From NCBI GenBank assembly GCA_951406725.2, contig OX597824.1, forward strand, positions 57,474,001-57,538,000: a stretch of 64,000 nt of DNA. Direction: 5' to 3'. A model generated the notes under the pieces. It saw only the letters and a program-made list of their open reading frames with translations, was not told where the DNA came from and searched no databases. The first letter of the stretch is position 1. Each line of letters begins with the position of its first letter. A program made the position numbers and the translations under genes. The stretch is from Octopus vulgaris (Eukaryota). Shown piece by piece: positions 15,642 to 29,821 of this stretch.

Positions 15642-15710
15642 AACACTACGATCGTTTCATGGCTGTTAATTTCTTTAAATTTTCGAGTTACAGTCATTCA
15701 TCATGTGGTT
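15642..15710 (-). ncRNA. Hammerhead motif, inverted copy with C3-to-A core change
   Basis: cac-ATGATGA-atgactgt...acagccat-GAAAC-gatc-GTA-gtg. Confidence 0.6.
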
Positions 15711-15988
15711 TAAATATCTAAAATATAATCAATATTTTTAAGATATAAATAATATATATAATATAATAATTTTACTTATAATAAACTCTATTATCAAATA
15801 TGATTATATCGAAATCGACTATAATGTTAAATATTAACTTTAATTTATAAGGTAGGAAACCCATAATCTAATATCAATATTAGTCTATATCTAATTACAT
15901 AAATATTTAAAATGACTAATATGTATAAATTATCAATGACTAATATATATAAATATTATAATCAAGATCTAAGATAATCTCTATAAAT

Positions 15989-16079
15989 AATTGTACATGT
16001 AGAGATAAAACTAAATGTAAATTAAATAATAAATGTGATATTAATGATGTAGTGTATAAATGTATAGTTACATTACATG

Positions 16080-16147
<68 letters not shown>

Positions 16148-16486
16148 TCAAACGCGATATATATGGGGTCCACTTCCTCTAAAATAAAATTAAGAATCGC
16201 ACAACATTTGAATTCATTTAAAAATAAAAACTTAATTAACTCCACTGGACTTAGCAAGTACATTTGGAGACTTAAATCGCAAAATATTAATTATAATTTA
16301 TCTTGGGAAATAATTAGTAAAACTAAATCATATACTATAGGAGCGAATTTTTGTTATTTATGCTCTAATGAGTTTAAGGAAATTTTATTTTATAAGCATG
16401 ATAATTTACTGAATATCTGTGATGAGCGCAAAATAAAATGCAGACACAAGTTACTTTACTTATATAATAAATTTCTTGATAAATAA
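15989..16486 (+). CDS. Penelope-like GIY-YIG endonuclease C-terminal fragment with in-frame poly-Asn
   Basis: NCTCRDKTKC..VVYKC-(N)n-YMGSTS..RIAQHLNSF..STGLSKYIWRLK..CYLCSNE..CRHK*. Confidence 0.85.
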
Positions 16487-17154
16487 TGATTATTTCTTAG
16501 CCTTAATTAGCTCCCTATTTGTTGTTTTATGTAATAGTATTATAAATATACCAGGTGATTTGTAGTACTTATTATATTAGTTTATTTTAGTTATTTAGGT
16601 TCTGTTTTTAATTATAGTTAGATTATAGATGGTTGTTCATTTTATTACTAAATATTTTATTACTAATAATAAATATTTAATGGTTTATTGAATATTGAGT
16701 CTGGTAAGTTACAATTTTATCTATTTTATATATTTTGTTATATTTCTATTATAACTTCGTTAAATTATAATTTTGTTATATTAATCTATTTGTATGTAAT
16801 CTCTTTATATTTGAAATAGTTTTATTTAGTTGTTTATTTAATCCATTTTATTTAATATAGAAGTATAGATTAGTAGATTAATTTTTTAGATTTAGCTTAA
16901 TATTTACCTCTATTTTGTATTGTAGTATGATTATAGACATTTATATATCTATTTATTTATAATATATGTGGATGTGTGTGTTGTATATATGTGTATATGA
17001 TGATGTGTGTGTGTATATATATATACATTTATTTATATGTATGTGTGTGGGTGTGTATATATTGGTGTAAGTGTGTGTATATATGTGTGTATATATGTAT
17101 ATGAATGTATGTGTGTATGTATGTGTATATGTGTATGTATATGTATATGTATGT

Positions 17155-17196
<42 letters not shown>

Positions 17197-18565
17197 GTAT
17201 ATGTATGTATATTTTCTTATATATTTATGTATACGTATGTATTGTTATACTACAAATTTTGATAAGTATTTATAGATTTGTTATGATCACTAATTTTAGC
17301 TTATAATTATAAGGGCATGGGAAAGAATTTATAGTATGTAGAGGGGTTACTATATAAATTAATTTTTATGTATTTATTAATCTTATAAGATTTTTAGAAT
17401 ATATTTAATAATTAGTGGTTTTTAATCATTTAAATCATTTAATTTATTTTGTATTAAGTTTCATTTATCATAGTTATTTTATTAATAAATATTATAGTAT
17501 AGAGAGATTTTATTCTTTATTTGTGAATTCATTCTTTTTACAATGATAAACATATAATTTCCCATTCATAATCTTTAATAAACGTAGGTTCCTCACGCGT
17601 AATAAATTCTTCAACAATTTATTCTTTTTTTGCTAATAACGTAATTCCATGAGTATTCTTATAAACGCTGTATAAGACGTTTTTTGATTCAAAATTTTAG
17701 TTCATTGTTTAAACCTCGCCAAGATAAGTATGTATTTATTTAAGATCTTCAAATTATAAATTTTAATATTGTATAAGCCTTTGGAGTAATAATATTCTCC
17801 TTATGCAAATATCGTTGTTTATCGTAATTTTCTGTTATTAGATATTAAATTGAAGTTTATTCGTAAGATACTTTTTAGTGATAGATTTATTATTTGATAG
17901 CAAGCATACTAGGTGTATTAAGTTAGGCTTTGTATATACATGTTTTAATAGTATTAATTGTAGTTTTAAATTTCTAATTAAATTAGATAAACTTTGATAA
18001 AATTAGATATGTTTCCACTAAAGATTGGTCTAGGCCATGTCTAATTTAATAGCATAACTTAGTTATTTCTTTAAATTTATATTAGATAATTAATCCCATT
18101 CATAATTATATTTATAGTACTTATAGCATTTATTTGATATTATATTACTAAGAATTGATTATTTCTAAAAGTATTTTACATAAGATTTCTGAAAGTCCGT
18201 TTAAGTTAGTTTATTTGTATTTTGAAATTAGCTATTTCATCTTTAAATATGAAAAATTAAATTTATTAGGTTTTCATTATATACAATTATTTATAGAGAT
18301 TATTTTAGATCTTGATTATAATATTTATATATATTTTCATTGATAATTTATATATATTAGTCATTTTAAATATTTATGTAATTAGATATAGACTAATATT
18401 GTTATTAGATTATGGGTTTCCTACCTTATAAATTAAAGTTAATATTTAACATTATAGTCGATTTGGATATAATCATATTTGATAATAGAGTTTATTATAA
18501 GTAAAATTATTATATTATATATATTATTTATATCTTAAAAATATTGATTATATTTTAGATATTTA

Positions 18566-18634
18566 AACCACCTGATGAATGACTGTAACTCGAAAATTTA
18601 AAGAAATTAACAGCCATGAAACGATCGTAGTGTT
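18566..18634 (+). ncRNA. Minimal type I hammerhead ribozyme, intact core
   Basis: cac-CTGATGA-atgactgt..acagccat-GAAAC-gatc-GTA-gtg; palindromic stem III. Confidence 0.8.
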
Positions 18635-18762
18635 ATATTAATTATATTTTTAAAATAATTTTGTTATATATTTAAATAATATAAATTAAATAATCTTATG
18701 TATTGGCTTAAGTTTTTCATTGTATGATTTGCCTAATAGTGGTTTTGTCTCTAATTTAATAT

Positions 18763-19013
18763 AGAGACCTGCATGGGGTGGATACAGATGTCTTTAAAAT
18801 GGAGCTGGATCTCTTCCTGTCAGGTGTCCCAGATGAACCAACTTCACGGCAGGAGGGGCAGATGAGGGCAGCTGCATCGAACTCTCTCATGCACCAAATA
18901 GCAGTTGCTAGAAAGCCTCCATGAAGTGAAACCAAGTAGCAACACCAAATGGCGGTGCCCCAGCATGGCCACAGCTCATAAGCTGAAACTAGAATCAATC
19001 AATCAATCAATCA

Positions 19014-19016
<3 letters not shown>
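18763..19016 (+). mobile_element. 3' end of a CR1/L2-group LINE (sister subfamily of 54881-57268) with (AATC)n tail
   Basis: Translates RDLHGVDTDVFKMELDLFLSGVPDEPTSRQEGQMRAAASNSL, matching the C-terminus of the 796-aa ORF. Confidence 0.9.
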
Positions 19017-19059
<43 letters not shown>

Positions 19060-19062
<3 letters not shown>

Positions 19063-19935
19063 TTGACGGATATTTTGTTTGTTGTTAACACAAAGTTTCG
19101 GCTGATATACCCTCCAAGCCTTCATCAGGTGTCTTGGGGAAATTTCGATCCTGGTTTCTCATTCCTAAAGTGTTTTTCGGTGTTGTTGCTGTTATTATTA
19201 TTATTATTCAGGTCACTCCCTGGAATCGAACTCGGAATCTTGGGCTCTTAACCACTACGCCATATGCCCATGGGCAATTATGGAGTCAGTTTTAGCGCTT
19301 ATAAATCTAATATTCTCTTATCCTTCCTTAATACCAGTTCCCATATGCTATTCATATCTGCACTCGGTCTGCTTAGGAGGTTGTTGTGTCATGGCATATG
19401 TGCTGGTTCTTTTAGTTTTCGTATTTTCTAGTGGTGTTCGCTGTCTATTATTTTAACTTCATCCCACAGGGGGAGGTGGTCTCCGTTTTTCCTTACATGA
19501 TCAGCTATACCCGATTTATCAATATCTCCTAGTGTCACGGCTTTGCAATGTTACTCTACCCTTATTTTGAGGGGGTGGCAAGTTTCGCCTTTGTATAACC
19601 TACCATAGCTGCATAGGATGGAGTAATGGAGTTCACGCAATTTTTGGACATATTCTCTTCTATTGGTGGTTTTACCCGAAGGAGATATTTGCGAAGTGTT
19701 GTATTACTCTTGAATACTGTCCTGATGGGCTACATATCTTTTTTATCTTTTCGGAGAGGCCTTTCACATAGGGTACACAGACTGTAGACAATTTATTGGT
19801 TTCATCGTCTCTTTTCTTCATAATTTGAGTGGATAGTATATTTTGGGGTAGTTGCTGCTTAATAGATTGTTACTGAGCTTGATCATTTTTTCGTAGTGGT
19901 TATCACGATCGCTACTTATATTCTTTGCTCGATGT
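19060..19935 (-). mobile_element. Penelope-like 3' fragment: GIY-YIG relic, tRNA-like segment, hammerhead
   Basis: Minus strand encodes CSYGRLYKGETCHPLKIRVE*H..KSGIADHV..WDEVKIIDSE..RKLKE, followed by A/B boxes at 19208-19266 and a hammerhead at 19088-19132. Confidence 0.8.
19088..19132 (-). ncRNA. Minimal hammerhead motif (cleavage triplet reads TTT)
   Basis: acac-CTGATGA-a-ggct-(13 nt)-agcc-GAAAC-TTT-gtgt. Confidence 0.7.
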
Positions 19936-20049
19936 TTCGGGGTCGATAAATTAAGTTAGCAACGAAACAATGGAGTCAATGTAATCAACTAGCACCTCCC
20001 CCAAAATTTCAGATCTTGCTCATATAGTAGAAAGGATTATTATTATTAT

Positions 20050-21990
20050 TTCCATATACACTCAACAAATCAGAATGTTGGAAAAGAAAAAAATTCCCTA
20101 ACATCGGGCTGCAGCAAGTAGCCTTAGATGGCAAGAATCCAACTAAGTATCCTAGCTGTCCCTAATAACACTATTTTCTGCAGCTGCACTATACTGGGTT
20201 TTATGCCTATCTACTTGTCTTTTGTCTGTCATGGCTTTTATTCAATTAATACTTAATGCTTGATCTTGTGTTGCTTCTAACAAACTTTCGTCTCCCTTTT
20301 CAGCTTTCCTTTCTGCAACCATAACCATGTCTCACTACTACTATTTGCTGCAACTATCCTTTGAAATTTACCATGCAACGCATTCTCCTGCCAGTCAGAT
20401 TATTTCTGTTCTTTTTTCTGGTTTTTAAGTTTTTAAGTTCGTTCGTGTTGCTGGCTTTCTTGCTGTGACTCTAGCAGTTTTTAATAAATTTTATTCATTA
20501 TTACCTATATAGGAGTCTATATTTACTATAGCTAACTACACTCAGTCTTCTACTGACTGATATTAACCTTCTTCCACCTTCCTTTCTAGGTAGGTGTAAT
20601 CTTGTTACTCCTGCCCTTGGGTGGAGTCATTCATTCATATTGAATTCCTTCCTAGTTTTCTGTCTAGCTTTGCTAATTCAGTTTTTGTTCAATGTACAAA
20701 AGCTGCTCAGTATCTAAGTAATGATACTGCCCAAGTATTTACAACTTTCACTAGATTCGGACCATTTAAGTTTGACTTCATTTGCTTTCTCACCCTTCTG
20801 ATGTATTCCTCAATTTTCGTTTTCATTTCTGTAGTTAGTACCCTGTTAGTTTCTAATACTCCTAGATACTTATAACTCTCTCTCCTCCTTCCAATGATTT
20901 TAATGTCTTGCCTTCTCTGTTGACTACCTATCCCGTCTCATGACTAATACTGCACTGTTATCTATGCCAAATTCCATGCCTACATCATAGATGAAGAGTC
21001 TTACAGTCTGTATTAAGGTATCTATTGCTTTTTCATTCTTACAAAAAAGCTTCAGAGCATCCATGTAGAGCAAAGGGTTAATTTTCCCCTTATTATTTCT
21101 GAACTTATACCTTGCCTTTACCTTCCTTAGCACCAAACTGAGGGGGATCAAAGATAAGATAAATATTAAAGGGGACAACGAGTCCCCCTGGAAAATTCTA
21201 TTGATATTAACTTTCCTTAAGTGTGTGTCACTTGGGTAGAGATCTATTTTCCATTTCTTCATGCTAAAGCTAATTAATTCTCTTATGTTGTCTGCTATAC
21301 TGAATCCATGAGTGTGGGATCATGTCATAGTCTTCCCTATAATCTATTCATGCTATTGTTAGATTTTTCTTTCTAACTTTTACTTCGTTTAGAACTGCTT
21401 TGTCTATGTTTCCTCTAGCCTTCTTCCTGCAACCTTTCTGTACTTCTGGCAGTACATTCTGGTTGTCAAGGTGCTCGCAAATGCTTTCTAAAATCATTCC
21501 TGTTAACAGCTTCCACACTAATGGTGAGCAAGTAATTGGTCTATATTTGCTCTTATCTTTCATGATGAGTATTGTCCTCCCTCTAGTCATCCAATCTGGT
21601 ATTATTCCTCCATCGAGGCAATCCTGAAGTTGTTTCCTTAGCCTCCAATGTAAACTATCAAATTTCTTTAGCCAATACCTTTGAACTAAGTCTGGTCCTG
21701 GGCCCGTCCATTTCAGCATTTTTCGTAAAACTTTACTCATTAATGCACTAGTTAATCTTAGATCTGGCTGCTTCTCACACTACTTTTCCTCTCACTTTCT
21801 TTAACCATATGCATCTCCATTATGATTGACAGGCTTATCTCAAATATTACTCCAGAAATTTCTAGTTTCTTCTGCATTAAGTTTCTCATCTTCAGTACTT
21901 CGTTCTCCACTATTTATTTGGTTATAAAATCTCCTTTGGTCTGTCTCAAATAATCTACTCTGTTGATACTGATCTATTCTCGTCTGATCT
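20050..21990 (-). mobile_element. Degenerate R4/Dong-like non-LTR retrotransposon
   Basis: GPGPDLVQRYWLK, KYRPITC, QKGCR, FQGDSLSPL and LLYMD motifs with stops and frameshifts; 3' end runs into (TAA)n. Confidence 0.85.
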
Positions 21991-22038
21991 CTCCTTTTAA
22001 CATGCTAGAGGAATGCATGACACATAGACTAAGCAGTT

Positions 22039-22314
<276 letters not shown>

Positions 22315-22857
22315 GAGTGTGAGAGAGCAGTTCAGGCCATCAGAGTGACACTGGGGTAAAATATACGAAGCCCAATATACCCATCATGACTACCCGTCTG
22401 ATAAGGGTACACCAGGCACATACATCACAACCATATGTGCGCGACATGGTGATCTCATATCAAGATAAACAGCACATGACCTTGCAGGTGGGGCCCAGTT
22501 AGAATTTTCTTCTGGTTGAGTAGCCCATCCCGCTCAAACGGTCCCTGAATAAGGGTTGTTTAAGGATGTTGAAAGAACCACTCATGTTTTCAGAGGTGAA
22601 TTATTCAAACCCCAAAGAATCCCTCTCAACACATGGCTATGATGCTCCCCCACTACTTCTGCTCGTGATCAGAGATGCACATATCGTCAGCCACTAAGGG
22701 ACATGCTCAACTGGTTAAGGTCAAACAACTGACAAGCAAATCTGTGGTATTGAGCAGAATATTTGCTGTAGCCCATCTTTTATACCAATACAAAACAATG
22801 TACATGATAACACTTCCAATCAGTTAAGATCAGAAGCCATGAGAGCCACTGCCTGGT
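22315..22857 (-). mobile_element. ~560-bp non-coding (TAA)n-associated interspersed element, copy 1
   Basis: Colinear with 37576-38137, 23616-24080 and (inverted) 60578-61106. Confidence 0.9.
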
Positions 22858-23074
22858 GATTGGTAGTGTAATTATTTCTATTATTTTTATTATGATTATT
22901 GTTCCTATTTTCATTATTATTACTGCTAATATTATGTCTATTATTATCACTATTATTCATAATAATACATTATCATGAATGTTTTTGCAGTTATTACCAC
23001 TATAATTATTTTTATTATTATAATTACGATTACTATTAAGATAACAATTAATATTGCTACAGTTATTATTATTT

Positions 23075-23612
<538 letters not shown>

Positions 23613-23615
23613 ACG

Positions 23616-24080
23616 CATCACAACCGTATGTGCACGGCATGGTGATCTCATATCAAGATAAACAGTGTATGGCCTTGCAGGTGGGGCTCACTTAGAATTT
23701 GCTTCAGGTTGCGTAACCCATCCCGTTTTAAAGGTCTCTGAATTAGAGCCATTTAAGGATGTTGAATGAAACACCCATATTTCCAGAGGTGAATTATTCA
23801 AACCCCAAATAAAATCATTTCAACACATGGCTATGATGCCCTCCCCACCACTAATTCTGCTCGTGATCAGTGATTTACATATCGTCTGCCATTAAGGGAC
23901 ATGCCCAAGTGGTTAAGGTCAAACAACTGACAGGCAGTTTGGAAGTGTTATCGTGTACTGTGGTATTGAGCAGAATATTTACTGTAGCCCATCTTTTATA
24001 ACAAGGCAAAACATGTACATGATAACACTTCCAATCAGTTAAAAAACCATGGGAGCCAGTGTTTGGTATTGCATCAGGGT
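23616..24080 (-). mobile_element. ~560-bp element, copy 2 (3'-truncated)
   Basis: Colinear with the other copies. Confidence 0.85.
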
Positions 24081-24117
24081 ACTTATTATTATTATCAATA
24101 TTATTATTATTATTATT

Positions 24118-26387
24118 CTTGTTTGACTTTTGCTTTATATTTGTACAAGTTGGCTCCAAGTCTCACCCAGAGACCTCAAGAGACAACAGGTTGGAAGTTC
24201 ATGCTGTTGTTATGCCTAGTGTGCCATATATTGGGGGGGGGGAGTTTTTGGTGTTGTACTAATGAATGTCTAAAAAAAAAAATGTTTTTTTTTTCCTTTT
24301 TTTTTTAAACCGAAAATTATGTTTGTTTTAAACCTTGAGATTACATAGAAAGTATTTTGCGTAGGATATGAGCAGTTCCCATGAGCACTATCTTTTAAAT
24401 TTCTGCCATTTTTGGGGTTTCCTGGTATCTGAGTTAGGTAGCTATCAGCCCCTTTTGCTATCATTCCCAGGGCACCTATGACAACAGGTATTGTTTTAGT
24501 CTTCAGGTTCCACATTTTGCTGATTTCTATTTCAAGATCTTTATATTTGCTCAGTTTTTGGTAGGTCTTGACAGATACGGTTATATCGATTGGGACAGTC
24601 ATATCAATGAGGAGGCATGTTCTTTGTTTGAAGTCTTTCAATATGATGTCTGGCCTATTTGCATCTATCTTTCTGTCAATTTGAATGGTGAAGTTCCAGA
24701 GGAGTGAGATGTGGTCATTTTCAAGCACTGGGGATGGTTTGTGTTCCCACCAGTTTTTTTCATGGGGCAAATCCAGGTTTTTGCAGATTACCCAGTGAAT
24801 ATATTGAGCAGCTCTATCGTGTCTGTTGAGATACTCTGTAGGCGCGAGAAGACTGCACTTGGAGACCACATGGTCAATGGTTTCATTTTGTTGCTGGCAT
24901 ACACGACACATTGGACTGCTTCTGATCTTTAATATGTTGGCCTGGTAGTTTCTTGTTGGTAGGCATTGATCTTGAGCTGCTATGATAAACCCCTCTGTTT
25001 CAGATTTTAAGCCAGAGGCCATTAGCCGTTGATGGGTCAGGGCTTTGTCAACATTTGCATTATTTGCTCTCTTTGGGTATTTGCCATAGAGAGGTTTTTC
25101 TTGCCATTTATCATTCAGAATGTCTAAGGCCGCAGATTTAGCACGGGTTTTCATGCGCTTAGCTTTTTCTGTGCCTGTTTCTTGTATGTCTATCTCTAAT
25201 TCCGAAATTTGTTGTATTCGGAATTCACTTAGATATTCCTTTGCTTGTTTTGTTACTGAGTATGATGCTTTCTTGTTTTCATGTTTTGAGACAAGCTTTA
25301 ACATCCAGTCCTCAGAGTTTTTCAGGTAGGTGTCTAGGCCAATTGTAGCAATCTTCATTGTTATTGCCAGTTGTAAAAGTCCACGGCCTCCCTCTTTTCT
25401 TGGCAGATAAAGTCGTTCTGTATCTGCCTTAGGGTGGTGCATTCTATGCATTGTCAACAGTTTTCGTATTTTTCTGTCAAGATTACATATTTCAGTAATT
25501 GACCAGTTAACGATATTGAAACTGTAAGTCACGACTGGTATGGCTAAAGCATTGATCGCTTCGATCCTGTTTCTCGCATTCAGCTCTGTCTTGAGCATTG
25601 CTCTTACTCTGCGATAACATTCTCTCCTGATCCTTTCCTTCATCTCTGAATGCCTTATTCCTTCTCCTTCAATTACCCCTAGATACTTGTAGTTCTCTGC
25701 TGGGTCTAATTCTTTTATGACATTCTGCTGGTCAAGGTTAACGTTAGATGTTTCTGTCATTTTTCCTTTGATAAAGGTAGCTTTTGCACATTTATCGAGG
25801 CCAAATTGCATTCTGATGTCATCACTGAATTGTTTGACAATCGCTAGTAAGCCCTTGAGTTGTTGGTCATTTTTTGCAAAGAGTTTTAAATCATCCATGT
25901 AAATGAGATGATTTATATTTTTATCAAACATTTTATATCCGTACTGCGCGTCATTGAGCAGTTTTGAGAGAGGTATTAAGGCTAAACAGAAGAGGAGTGG
26001 TGATAGTGAGTCACCCTGGAAAATGCCACATGAAATTTTTACATCACCAGCATTTAGAGATTCATTGTCACTGTTCAAAGTTAGTGTGGTTCTCCATGAT
26101 CTCATACTTACAGACAAAAAGTTTCGCAGAGCAGGTGCTATCTTATACATTTCTCAGCATTTCTTAATCCAGCTGTGTGGTAGGCTATCAAAAGCTTTTT
26201 TATAGTCTATCCAGGCTATTGATAAGTTTTTGTGTCGTTTGTGACAATCTTCTAAGATCATCTTATTGATGAGTAGTTGATCTTTACAACCGTAGGATCC
26301 ACGTTTACATCCTTTCTGTTCATTAGGGAATATGCTGCTGTCTGTCAAAAAACTATAGGTATATTCCGTCAGGACAGATGTTAGTGT
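24118..26387 (-). mobile_element. Young 5'-truncated R4/Dong-like retrotransposon inserted in (TAA)n
   Basis: RT, CCHC-like knuckle and PD-(D/E)xK REL endonuclease; (ATT)n on both flanks. Confidence 0.92.
24341..26348 (-). pseudogene. R4-clade RT plus restriction-like endonuclease ORF, lightly disrupted
   Basis: IDYKKAFDS, GIFQGDSLSP, YMDDLK, CRVC..H..C, RHD, RPDI..IDM..K..KY. One in-frame TGA at ~26154 and a frameshift near 24410, judged against the copies at 51945 and 52771 that end ..GTAHILRKILSM*. Confidence 0.9.
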
Positions 26388-26396
26388 TTATTATTA

Positions 26397-26511
<115 letters not shown>

Positions 26512-26512
26512 C

Positions 26513-26574
<62 letters not shown>

Positions 26575-26676
26575 CATTATTATTATTATTATCACTATTA
26601 TTATTAAAAGGATTGACGTAACCTCTCACCAAGGTAAAGACAATACAAAGAACGCGATGTGATTGCAGTACATACA

Positions 26677-26714
<38 letters not shown>

Positions 26715-26924
26715 ATGTTGTCTCATATATATATATATATATATATACATACATATATATATATATACATACACACACATATATATGCATATATATATAT
26801 ACATGTATATGTATGTATATATTAATGTATATGTGAGTATATATATGTATGTATATATATATATACATGTATGTGTGTATATATATATGTATATGTATAT
26901 GTGTATATTATATGTATGTATATA

Positions 26925-26960
<36 letters not shown>

Positions 26961-26979
26961 TAGATATATATATAACGTG

Positions 26980-27915
26980 AGGGGTATTAGCCATCTGAAT
27001 GTGGCTAGCCACTGGGGGTGGGTGGGGTGTTACTGATGCTTTTAGCCCCAGGCGATCAACGTCACCAGAAGGACTTTAGACACTATCTCAGTGCCCTTGT
27101 GTTATTTGCAAAGGGAGGTCATCCTCCCTCGAAGACCCGAGTACTACATACGGACTATAGTTTCAAGGTAATTGCCTCTCGTCAACGCATGGTAAGCACC
27201 GGTCTTCGATGAAGGAGTCCCCTTGCAAATAATGTGGTTACTGTGAAAAACATTATATATTATTTGCAAGGGGACTCCTTCATCGAAGACCGGTGCTTAT
27301 CATGCGTTGACGAGAGGCAATTACCTTGAAACTATAGTCCGTATGTAGTACTCGGGTCTTCGAGGGAGGATGTCCTCCCTTTGTAAATAACACAAGGGCA
27401 CTGAGATAGTGTCTAAGGTCCTTCTGGTGACGTTGATCGCCTGGGGCTAAAAGCATCAGAACCCCCCCCCCCCAGTGGCTAGCCACATTCAGATGGCTAA
27501 TACCCCTTCCGTTGTCGAGCGGTTACTGTTTATATCTCGTTCAGAGATTTATTATTGTTTTCAGACAGTTTTTCTACATCAGTGACAGTGGTTACTGTGA
27601 AAAACATTATATATTATTTGCAAGAGGACTCCTTCATCGAAGACCGGTGCTTACCATGCGTTGACGAGAGGCAATTACCTTGAAACTATAGTCCGTATGT
27701 AGTACTCGGGTCTTCGAGGGAGGATGACCTCCCTTTGCAAATAACACAAGGCACTGAGATAGTGTCTAAAGTCCTTCTGGTGACGTTGATCGCCTGGGGC
27801 TAAAAGCATCAGTAACACCCCACCCACCCCCAGTGGCTAGCCACATTCAGATGGCTAATACCCCTTCCGTTGTCGAGCGGTTACTGTTTATATCTCGTTC
27901 AGAGATTTATTATTA
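26980..27915. repeat. Inverted-plus-tandem triplication of a ~354-bp unit
   Basis: 26980-27233 is the reverse complement of 27259-27506 (25-bp spacer); 27588-27915 repeats 27234 onward directly. Confidence 0.95.
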
Positions 27916-27947
27916 TATATATATATATATGTATATATATGTATATA

Positions 27948-28254
27948 TAATAGTTATCGCCATACTAATATGGCATTCTTATAAAAATAAGAATAAAGCT
28001 GTCCGCTTATTAGCTCCATGAGGCCATCGCCTTAAGTTAGCTATTTGATACACAAACTGTATCCATATAACCTTCGAACAAGGGAGGTCAGTCGCTCCAC
28101 ACTACTTGATCGACAGCTACTTGTTCGAAGGTTATATGGATACAGTTTGTGTATCAAATAGCTAACTTAAGGCGATGGCCTCATGGAGCTAATAAGCGGA
28201 CAGCTTTATTCTTATTTTTATAAGAATGCCATATTAGTATGGCGATAACTATTA
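27948..28254. repeat. Perfect inverted repeat, 135-bp arms, 37-bp loop
   Basis: 27948-28082 is the reverse complement of 28120-28254, with no mismatch found by eye. Confidence 0.97.
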
Positions 28255-28609
28255 ATTTCCAGGAACGCTGCCGTGTTCTCTTTTAGAGAGACTTAGTAAT
28301 TTTAATATTTCTATTATGTATATATATATATATATACATATATATACATTAGGTATTACCCGGTGTTTTTCAAGCGATGAATAACTTTGCGTAAACCATG
28401 GTTCACTTTGTTCTCTTACTTTATTATCATTTTATAATCATCTCATAACAATGGCTTTTATTACTACCTCAGACACTCTAAATGTATATATTCGTCGTTA
28501 CCTGTCATTAATAGCCTTTTTTTTACTTGCAATGTGCATTTTTGTTGATTTTTCATATTTTACCCTTACATTTCCACGTGGATTTTATATTTTCTTATTG
28601 TAACATATT

Positions 28610-28714
<105 letters not shown>

Positions 28715-28731
28715 ATATATATATATATATA

Positions 28732-28940
28732 CTCTTTTACTATTTTACTTGTTTCAGTCATTTGACTGCGGCCATGCTGGAGCATCGCCTTTAATCGAGC
28801 AACTCGACCCCGGGACTTATTCTTTGTAAGCCCAGTATTTATTCTATCGGTCTGTTTTGCCGAACCGCTAAGTGTCGGGGACATAAACACAACAGCATCG
28901 GTTGTCAAGTAATGCTAGGGGGACAAACACAGACACACAA
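28732..28940 (-). mobile_element. CORE-type SINE tail half
   Basis: ctcttttactattttacttgtttcagtcatttgactgcggccatgctgg. Confidence 0.85.
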
Positions 28941-28944
28941 ACAT

Positions 28945-29031
<87 letters not shown>

Positions 29032-29032
29032 T

Positions 29033-29080
<48 letters not shown>

Positions 29081-29089
29081 CATATATAT

Positions 29090-29810
<721 letters not shown>

Positions 29811-29821
29811 ATATACATATT

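Larger units (their letters stand above)
15518..18762 (+). mobile_element. 5'-truncated Penelope-like element (Naiad-like) with inverted pseudo-LTR
   Basis: Arms 15518-15997 and 18281-18762 (~480 bp) are near-identical inverted copies. The GIY-YIG coding region starts at the inversion junction, and there is a sense-strand hammerhead in the right arm. Confidence 0.85.

Noticed and set aside
27018-27486. Two near-identical 64/68-aa ORFs on opposite strands
   Set aside because: A by-product of the palindrome. They use non-ATG starts, and the third copy has an indel.
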